Assembly: GCA_035498405.1 (NCBI GenBank)
Contig: DATKAE010000084.1
Coordinates: 3,539-67,538 of the forward strand
Direction of reading: 5' to 3'
Source: Thermoanaerobaculia bacterium
Lineage (GTDB): Bacteria; Acidobacteriota; Thermoanaerobaculia; UBA5066; Gp7-AA6
DNA: 64,000 nucleotides
Shown here: positions 1-7,700 of the stretch, one piece after another
How the letters are laid out: each line of letters begins with the position of its first letter
How positions within the stretch are numbered: position 1 is the stretch's first letter
Translations under genes and position numbers: made by a program
Notes under the pieces: generated by a model
What the model was told of the DNA's origin: nothing
Databases searched by the model: none
Seen by the model: the letters and a program-made list of their open reading frames with translations, nothing else

Positions 1-16
1 AGGAGACCGCGCCGAC

Positions 17-1387
17 TTGACGGAAGACAGTGGGGCCAACCTGCTGTCGCGCGCGAAGCCGGCGCCCGAGCCACCCGCCGCGCCGGTACCCCCGGCCGCT
101 CCGCCTCGGAGGCCGAGCGATTCCTTGTCCAAACGCGCGGCCGCTGCCCTGGAGCAGCCGCCGGACGGGCAGACCATGGCGATCCCGATTCTGGCCAAGC
201 TCTCGGCGACGGCGCCGGAAGCCGCGCCCGGTCCTCCTCCGGCGCGCGAGGCCGCGCCGCCTCCCGAGCCGGCTCCGGTGGCGGCGCCTCCTGCCGAGCC
301 GCGTCCACGTGCCGACCGGGGAGCGGCGCCCGTGCCCGCGGCCGCGACCCGTGCGGCGGAGCCGGCGGGCCCATCGCCGCTGGCAAGCGCGCGCGCCTGG
401 GTGGAGAGGCTCCCTTGGGGCGATTGGCGGAAGCTCTTGCGCGCCGAGGTCAACGTCCAGTACTTCTGGGGCGCGGTTGGCGCGGCCGGGCTCTTCGTGT
501 TGCTCGTCTGCGGGGCGCTCGTCGTGCGCTCGCGGATGGCCGCCCGGCCGACCGCCCCGATGGACCCGGTCGTCGAAAAGGAAACGTGGGACCGCAAGCG
601 TGCGTTGAAGGAGGCGGAGAAGCTCTTCTCGGCGGGCAACTACGAGCAGAGCCTGGCTCTCTTGAGGCAGGTCTTGGCTCGCAGCCCGGGCAACCAGCGC
701 GCCAGGCAGTACGCCGAGATGGCGGAGAACGCCTTGGCCGGCCGGGCGGAGGAGCAGCGCAAGGGCGTCGAGGCGGAGAAGAGCCTCGAGGCGGCGCGCC
801 TCGCGCTGGCGGAGAAGCGCTACGACGATGCGGTTCGCGCCGCGGATCAGACGCTCGCCTTGGATGGCGGCAAGGTCGAGGCGCAGCAGGTGAAGGATCA
901 GGCCGTCGCGAAGATCGCGGAGGCGCGCGCGGCGGAGGCCGAGGCCGCGCGGAAGAAGAAGGAAGAAAAGAAGCCCCCGGCCGGGCGCCGGCCGGCCACC
1001 GCCGTTGCCCAGAAACCGCAGCAGTTCACGGTGGCGACGCCTCCGCCGACGGTCGCGGTAGCCGCTGGCCCGGCCACCCTGCGGCTGTCCTTCGAGTCGC
1101 CGATCTCGGAGGGCAGCGTCATGATCTACGTCAACGACGAGAAAGTTCTGCAGAGGACATTTGACTTCTCGAAGAAGGCGGGGCTCTTCAAGCGCGTCGA
1201 GGGAACCGGAACGCTCGAAGCCTCGATGCCCATCAAGGGTGGCCCGGTGACGGTGAAGGTCTGGCTTTCGGGCAAAGGTCTTACTTCGGCAGCCTACACG
1301 ACCGCGACGGGGCAGGTTCCGGGGGGCGAGACGCGCACGTTGAAGCTCGATTACGCCAAGGGCCAACTCACCGCGCGGATCCAGTAA
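17..1387 (+). CDS. Pro/Ala-rich membrane protein with TPR-like helical region and beta-rich C-terminal domain (hypothetical)
   Basis: 456-aa ORF with TTG start 11 nt after AGGAG. N-terminal low-complexity P/A tract, one TM segment (GAVGAAGLFVLLVCGALVV), then helical repeats (LFSAGNYEQSLALLRQVLARSP). No recognisable enzyme motif. Confidence 0.55.
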   Translation: MTEDSGANLLSRAKPAPEPPAAPVPPAAPPRRPSDSLSKRAAAALEQPPDGQTMAIPILAKLSATAPEAAPGPPPAREAAPPPEPAPVAAPPAEPRPRADRGAAPVPAAATRAAEPAGPSPLASARAWVERLPWGDWRKLLRAEVNVQYFWGAVGAAGLFVLLVCGALVVRSRMAARPTAPMDPVVEKETWDRKRALKEAEKLFSAGNYEQSLALLRQVLARSPGNQRARQYAEMAENALAGRAEEQRKGVEAEKSLEAARLALAEKRYDDAVRAADQTLALDGGKVEAQQVKDQAVAKIAEARAAEAEAARKKKEEKKPPAGRRPATAVAQKPQQFTVATPPPTVAVAAGPATLRLSFESPISEGSVMIYVNDEKVLQRTFDFSKKAGLFKRVEGTGTLEASMPIKGGPVTVKVWLSGKGLTSAAYTTATGQVPGGETRTLKLDYAKGQLTARIQ

Positions 1388-1499
1388 ACCCGGAACGGCT
1401 CGGGAGTGCCTAGCGCGCCGACGTGGCCGGCCAACCCGACCTCAAGCGTCGGACCTCTTTGACCTCCCGCTCCAATTCGAATATAAACACTCGAAGCCT

Positions 1500-1577
<78 letters not shown>

Positions 1578-1635
1578 CAAACTCAAGCAGTTAGTCAACA
1601 TGAAATTCCCGTCGGCGGGCCGACTGTGCCCAAAG

Positions 1636-1806
1636 TCACTTCCGAACCTGCGCCCGATGCGCCGCCGTCCTCTCCAGGGCGTCGCGCTGGTCCTCGCCGG
1701 AGACGATGTTGTAGCGCTCGAATATCGCGGCGGTCTCATGCCTCGAGATGCTCTGGGCGACCGACTGGGCGACCCGAGCCTTCAGCTTGAACTCGGGGCC
1801 GTTCCG
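1636..1806 (-). pseudogene. Tyrosine recombinase (phage-type integrase) C-terminal remnant
   Basis: Hand translation of the minus strand gives RNGPEFKLKARVAQSVAQSISRHETAAIFERYNIVSGEDQRDALERTAAHRAQVRK*. The ...(H)xT..IF(D/E)RYNIV..EDL/QR.A tail is typical of integrase C-termini that carry the catalytic Tyr. It is preceded by an in-frame TAG, has no start codon and has no N-terminal domains. Confidence 0.5.
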
Positions 1807-1869
1807 CTAACCTTCCTCGGACCCCTGATCGTGGCCATCCACACCCCGCTCAAGCGTTAGGCAAAAGTG

Positions 1870-2535
1870 TCAAATTTGCCGGGTCAACCGCCTTTCATCT
1901 AAACAGTCGTTCTCCCGTTCTCGCTTCCGTCGCTTGTGGAAAGGCCGGGAGGCGGAGACCCGGCCCCTCGGCTGCCCCTGCTCCGTCAGTGCGAACGGCC
2001 ACCAAAGGACAAAAGGGGCCGCGAAGCGTCCGACAAGCTGGTGGAAGTGAAATCCGGTCGCCCAGAAATTTCGCGCGAACGGGCCGTAGTTCGCTGCGCT
2101 CCAAGGGCCGAGCCTCGTTGCGTAGAGTGTCCGGACTTGAAAGAAAAGGGCGACGACATGGACCAAGCAGAGGACACCCGCGACAAGGAAAAAGGCTCCC
2201 ACTCGGTCTCCTCGCCAAGGCTTCGCATGCAAGGCGAAGAGGGCGGCGAGGATCACGAAGTTGAAGTGGAGATCGCCGGCGGGGATTCCCGGCCTGGGCG
2301 AGCTGGGAGGAAAGTCTTGGCGCTCGACAAGGATCTCACGGGAGTCGGCGAGAGGCCGGAGCCAAGTCACGGCGGGGTTCTCTGTCGCGCGCAGTACGAA
2401 CTCGGCCGCCGCTGCGAGCAGCCGCTCGTACGGCGCGGCGAAGCCCTTCCAGACCAGCAGGCCGAGAAGGAAACCGAGAAGAAGCCTCCCGGTGACCGCG
2501 AGGCCGCTCTTGGGAAGCGCGAACGTCGTCATCAT
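1870..2535 (-). CDS. Polytopic membrane protein, putative exosortase-associated partner
   Basis: 221-aa ORF with several hydrophobic segments. It lies 9 nt downstream of the exosortase gene on the same strand and has no enzyme motif. The name is by context only. Confidence 0.55.
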   Translation of the reverse strand: MMTTFALPKSGLAVTGRLLLGFLLGLLVWKGFAAPYERLLAAAAEFVLRATENPAVTWLRPLADSREILVERQDFPPSSPRPGIPAGDLHFNFVILAALFALHAKPWRGDRVGAFFLVAGVLCLVHVVALFFQVRTLYATRLGPWSAANYGPFARNFWATGFHFHQLVGRFAAPFVLWWPFALTEQGQPRGRVSASRPFHKRRKRERENDCLDERRLTRQI

Positions 2536-2544
2536 GTCCGAGGC

Positions 2545-3081
2545 TCACCGAGCTCCGGAGGGAGAAGCACCTGGCGAGAGAGCTGTTTCCATCTGCCTGG
2601 CCCAGAGAAGGAACAAGACCACCCCGAAGATGACCATCACGGACTGCCAAAGGACCGTGTGCAATGGGGAAAAGAGAGCAGGACGGTGCCTTCCCACCCA
2701 GAAGAGTGAAGCGACCCGCACGAAATTCAGAAGTTCAATCGCTAGAAATCCCGCGAAGAGCCCGACGGCGCGTCGCTGCCAGTTCGCGGGAAACGCGAGG
2801 ACCGCGGAGCCGAAGAGGAGCACGGTCTCCAGGCCATTGCAGCCGTTCTGGATGTTGACGGCGAACTCGGTCGACCGGATCTCGGTACCGTCCACGGTCA
2901 CAGCCTCTCCGAGGGCCTTCAAGAGAATCGCCGAGACTGCGGCGATCCATCCCGTAAATGGCACGATGACCACGTCGTTGACCGGCCGTAAGGCTACCGC
3001 GAAGAAGAAGAAGAAAAGAATGCCGATGAAGCGGGCCAGAAACACGAGCGAGCGGCGGCGGGCCAAGGGAGCCCCTCGCAT
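2545..3081 (-). CDS. xrtH: Small exosortase family protein (XrtH-like, IPTL-CTERM-type)
   Basis: About 178 aa when trimmed to the internal ATG at 3081 (alternative 3108); the listed 241-aa ORF runs into the upstream gene. Carries the exosortase/archaeosortase signature residues: NGCNGLE (Cys), LLNFVRV (Asn..Arg) and PLHTVLW (His). An IPTL-CTERM substrate is in the same cluster. Confidence 0.75.
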   Translation of the reverse strand: MRGAPLARRRSLVFLARFIGILFFFFFAVALRPVNDVVIVPFTGWIAAVSAILLKALGEAVTVDGTEIRSTEFAVNIQNGCNGLETVLLFGSAVLAFPANWQRRAVGLFAGFLAIELLNFVRVASLFWVGRHRPALFSPLHTVLWQSVMVIFGVVLFLLWARQMETALSPGASPSGAR

Positions 3082-3209
3082 CCGCTCTTTAACTTCGACC
3101 GAATGCATCGCGCTGGCGGTGGATCGGCCTAGGTTCTTCGAGGACTTCGCCACTGTCGGGTTCGCGAGAAGCTTCACGGTACAGAGGACTGATCTTCGGT
3201 CTGCTTCGG

Positions 3210-4736
3210 CTACTGAAAGTAGCCGTTGACGTCGATGATCAGGTGGACCGTTCCGGAGGTCTGGTCGCACCAGACGTCGAGGCCTCCCGAGGGGCCGAGC
3301 GTGGCGATCGCGTTGTTCGCCCGGGTCTCTCCCAGCCGGTAGTTGATGGTCGAGACCAGGGGCAGCGCCGCGCCTCCCGGGAAGAGGCGGAGGTCCCCGG
3401 CAGCCGTGGGCTGTGTAATCGTCACGTTGAGCGAGACGGACCGCGCGTCGGCCGGGATGCCGCAGGTCCCGGCGAGCGGGAAGATCCGGTCTGCCCCGGC
3501 CGCGAGTGCCGGCCCGCCGAGCGGCGCGGCGGCGTTTCGCGTGTCGAGCACCCGGCAGGGAGTAAGCGTGTAGAAGTCGAGGTTGGCCTTCGAAGGGAGA
3601 GCGACCTTGAAGACGGTGCCGAATCCGGATCCTCCGCCGCTGGATGTCGTCCCGTAGAGGTATCCGTCGCTCCCGAGCAGGAGCGGAGCCCTCGGGCTCG
3701 ATCCGTCGGTGCCATGGAAGTAGTGGAAGACGACGAAGTTGCCTGCCGGCGTGATCTGGAAGAGGGTGCCATTGCCATCCACACCGCAGGCGCTGGTCGT
3801 TCCGTACAGGTTCCCGCCTACCTGGATGAGGCCCGCGTTCGGGACGCAGCCATCGGCGTCGACGAAGGAGCGAAGAGTCGCAAAAGAGGTGCCGTCGCGG
3901 GCCATTCGAAAGAGAGTGCCGGCGCCCGCCCCTCCCGATCGCGTGGTTCCGTAAAGGTTTCCGTCGCTCGCCGCGAGGAGCTTTCCGAAAGGTGCGGCTC
4001 CCTCGCCGGGTGAGGCGCCGAAGGAGTGGAGGACCGTCAGGCTTCCGCTGGAAGTCATCCCGTAGATCGTTCCCTGGCCATACGTTCCATAGGCTTCGAT
4101 CGTCCCGTAGAACAATCCATCCGTCCCCTCGATCGGGGGGGCGTTGGGATACCTGCCGGTGCTGCCGTCGAGCGTGTAGAGCGTCGACAGCCCGCCTCCC
4201 GAGGTGACTCGGAAAACCGTGCCGTACACGTACACGGGCCCAATTCCGTGATTGGTCGTCCCGTAGAAATAGCCGTCACTTGCCAGAACGATCCCGTTTG
4301 GCTGGCCGCCCTCGCTGCCGTAGAAGTGGAAGAGCGTCGCAAAGGCTCCCGTCGGCGTGACCCTGAAGAACGATCCATAGTCCAGGAAGCCGTACCCGAC
4401 CGTTCCATAGAAGGCGCCGTCGCTTCCGTCGACGAGGGCGGCGCGCGGAGTCGCGCCGTCGTTTCCGTTGAAGGAGTGAATGGTCATCAGCGTGCCCCCC
4501 GGCGTGATCTGGAAGATCGTCCCCACGCCGTTGCTTCCGCCCCCCGAGGTCGTCCCGTAGAAGTTGCCGTCAGAGCCCTCGACGAGCCCCGCCTCGGGCG
4601 TCGACCCGTCGTCGCCCGTTCCGGAGAAGCTGTGGAGGACCGTCAGGACCTGTCCGCCAGCGGGACCAATCCCGGCACAGAGGCCGAGAAGCAGGAAGGC
4701 CGACGCGAGGGCGCCGCGCCTATTCGAAGTAGCCAT
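3210..4736 (-). CDS. Secreted GloVer (Gloeo_Verruco) tandem-repeat protein with C-terminal 122-aa 'TPCRVLDTR' module
   Basis: Signal peptide MATSNRRGALASAFLLLGLCAG. Repeats of the form LvegsDGnfYGTT.sGG..g.GTiFqiTp.G.lt.lhsF. The last 122 aa are homologous to the C-terminus of the 1717-aa protein. Confidence 0.8.
   Translation of the reverse strand: MATSNRRGALASAFLLLGLCAGIGPAGGQVLTVLHSFSGTGDDGSTPEAGLVEGSDGNFYGTTSGGGSNGVGTIFQITPGGTLMTIHSFNGNDGATPRAALVDGSDGAFYGTVGYGFLDYGSFFRVTPTGAFATLFHFYGSEGGQPNGIVLASDGYFYGTTNHGIGPVYVYGTVFRVTSGGGLSTLYTLDGSTGRYPNAPPIEGTDGLFYGTIEAYGTYGQGTIYGMTSSGSLTVLHSFGASPGEGAAPFGKLLAASDGNLYGTTRSGGAGAGTLFRMARDGTSFATLRSFVDADGCVPNAGLIQVGGNLYGTTSACGVDGNGTLFQITPAGNFVVFHYFHGTDGSSPRAPLLLGSDGYLYGTTSSGGGSGFGTVFKVALPSKANLDFYTLTPCRVLDTRNAAAPLGGPALAAGADRIFPLAGTCGIPADARSVSLNVTITQPTAAGDLRLFPGGAALPLVSTINYRLGETRANNAIATLGPSGGLDVWCDQTSGTVHLIIDVNGYFQ
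3336..3479. repeat. Near-identical 144-nt patch, copy A (partner 4846-4989)
   Basis: 4 mismatches in 144 nt against 4846-4989, including a 66-nt identical run (CCGGTAGTTGATGGTCGAGACCAGGGGCAGCGCC...). Flanking parts of the same domain are clearly more diverged. Confidence 0.85.
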
Positions 4737-7700
4737 TCACGTCCACGATAAGGTGCACGGTTCCCGAGGTCTGATCGCAGCGCACCGAGAGGTCCCCGGA
4801 GTCCCCGAGCGTCGCAATGGCATTGTTGGCGCGAGTCTGACCGGCCCGGTAGTTGATGGTCGAGACCAGGGGCAGCGCCGCGCCTCCCGGGAAGAGGCGG
4901 AGGTCCCCGGCCGCCGTGGGCTGGGTAATCGTCACGTTGAGGGAGACGGACCGCGCGTCGGCCGGGATGCCGCAGGTCCCGACGAGCGGAAACGTTCGGA
5001 CCGCTCCTGCGACGAGGGCCGGACCGCCGAGAGGCCCGTCGGCGTTGCGTGTATCGAGTATGCGACATGGGGTCAGCGTGAAAAATCCGGGAACGGGAGA
5101 CCCGGTGCCTTCGACGGTTGCGCAGGCAGACGAAGAGTCGTTGTCGGAGTTCGGATCGATCTGATCTCCCGAGACGGAGACCGTGTCGCAGGCGCTGCCC
5201 GCCCGCGTCGTCAGCAGCACGACCGTGACGTTCGCCGTCGCGCCGCTCGAGAGATCTCCGAGCGCGCAGGTGATGACGCCGGCCGATAGCTCGCAGGTTC
5301 CGCGGTCAGAGTCGGCCGAGACGAACGCGAGCCCCGAGGGTACGGGATCGGTCAGCGTGACGCCGGTGGCCGTCGCCGGGCCGACGTTCTTTACCTGGAT
5401 CGAGTGTGTCCACGATCCGCCGAGCATCACGGGGTCGGGCGAAGCGGTCGACGTGACCGAGAGATCCGTCGTCTGGCTCGTCTGGGGGATCACCTCCTCG
5501 GTGACCGTCAGCACCTGCGGGCTGCCGGCCGATCCGGTGCTCGTGATCGTGATGTGCGCCGTGTAGGTCCCCGGGCCCGTCAGGGCGCTCGGATCGACGC
5601 CGACGAGGAGTTCGGAGGGCGCGATTCCGGAAGCGGGGCTGAGGGTCACCCAGGACGCGTCGGCCGAGGCGCTCCAGGTGACCGTGCCGGTGCCGGAGTT
5701 GCGAACCCCGAGCTGCTCGGGAGCCGGCGCGGGACCTCCGTTGTCGCTGAAGAAGCGGATGGGTGCGGGACCGGCGACGAGCGTCGGCCCGGGCCTCGCC
5801 ACGCTCGCGGCGATGGTGACCGACACCGTCGACGTGCCCGTCTGGCCGTTGGAGTCGGTGGCGGTGAGGGTCAGCGTGTGCGTTCCGAGCGACAATGCGG
5901 CCGTATGAATCAGATGACCCGTGCCCAATGCGCCGTCGAGGCTCGAGCTCCAGCTGAGCTGCGCATCTCCCAGGGTGCCGTCCTCGTAGTCCTCCCCCAG
6001 ACCTTCGAGTGTGACGACCTGCCCGGCCTGGTAGACGGCGCCGTTGGCCGGGCTCAGAATCTGTGCCTGTGGAGGCTTGCCCGCCACGGTAAATGGGCCG
6101 TTGTCGGCAAAACCGGTGAGCACGCCGTCGCTCCCCACGACACGCAGGTAGCCCGACGCCGCGCCGCCCGTGCCTTCGAGTTCCGAGGCTTCCAGCGGAA
6201 GGCTCGTCCCCGCGATTCCGGTCGCGATGGCTCGCCAGGTGGACTTGCTGGTCGGGCTGTACAGCACGGTGTAGGTGAGGGCGTCGCCATCGACGTCGGA
6301 GCCGCTCCAGCTGAGGGTGACCGGTCCGCTCGCCGGCAGGCTCGGGCCGCCGCTGCGGGAGAGGATCGAGACCGTCGGGGGGTTCGCGCTGACCTGCCTC
6401 GAGGCGATCTCGTGGCCGGTGGCGTCGGAGAAGATCGTGATCCGTTTCGTTCCGGCGGCGAAGTCAACGATCTGCTGGATGATGCCCGTGTCTCCGTCGT
6501 CGGTCGAGACGAGCGGGGTGAAGGGATGGTCGGCCAGAATTCCACCCGCTCCGTCGAGGAGCCGAATGCGATACGGCCCCGCGACGAGGGGGGGCACGGT
6601 CGCGACCTCGGACTGCCGCGAGAGAACGACGAACGACGCGGCGTCGGAGGCGAAATCGATCGTGCCGTAGACCGAGAGGAAGTCCCCGGTCGTCTGGGTC
6701 CGCGCGGCGGCCATGGTCGTGGATCCTGCGACCACGGCCGGGAAAGTCGCGTTGATGTATCCGCTCAGTCCCTTGTAAGTGAAGTCGGAGGCCCACTCGT
6801 AGGCGCAATAGGTCATGATGTCGGTCCAGTTCGGGCTCACGGGTTGCGGTGCGATGTTGAAGCGGGCATCTCCCGCGTCGAACCCCGCAAACTGCAGGGG
6901 ACTCGTGGCGGGGCCTCCGATCAGGCCGTTCGGGTACGGGTAGGCGGGCGCGACCTCACCGGCTGCCCAGACGGCGCCGCAGAACGTGGAATGGTGCCGG
7001 CCGAGCGCGTGTCCGATTTCATGGCAACCGTACCAGTCGCCATAGGCGGCATCGGTATCCCACCTGAAATTCGGGAATGTCTGCGGGTTCCCTGTCGGTC
7101 CCGATGCCTGGAACGACGGGATGCCCGCGGACGAACCTCGCATGAACCCGCCGCTGTCGTCCACCATGCCGTAGTAGACGACACCCGGGTCTCCGGCGTT
7201 CCAATTGTTCCGGATCCAGAGCAGGACCCCGTTCACGACGTTCGAGGTCGGAACGGCCGCAGAAACGTAGTCGACGAAGGTTCGCCGGACCACGTTCAAT
7301 TTGCTGATCGGGTACATGCGGCGCAGTTCCGACTCGAGGAGGCTCTGGTCGAGGGCGGCCGCCGAGACGAGGACTCCTCCGGGAAAGCCGCCGTTGTAGT
7401 ACTGGTAGTTCACGATGCGCAGCGACGGCGTCTTGGCTGCCGCGAACGTTACGTCGACGGAATCGCTGTTGTTACCCGGATCATCCTCGGCGACGGTGTG
7501 CGCCGGATCGATCTGAGCTCGGAGCGTGATCGTTCCGGCGTGGATCCACTCTTTGGGAAGCTCGAAGTAGAACGAATCGTCCAGGAGAGTCCGGTGGGGC
7601 ACCGTCGCAACGTTGATGACGGCGCCGCGGTTCAAGGGCTGGAGGGCGGCGCCGAGGCTCGCGCCGCCCTGCGAGCCCTCGAGTTTCGCGGTGATGCCGC

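Noticed and set aside
2994-3014. (TTC)5 / purine-rich AAGAAGAAGAAGAAAAGAA tract inside the exosortase gene
   Set aside because: It encodes five consecutive Phe in the first TM helix. Slippage would be in-frame and only change helix length, and there is no evidence of phase variation.
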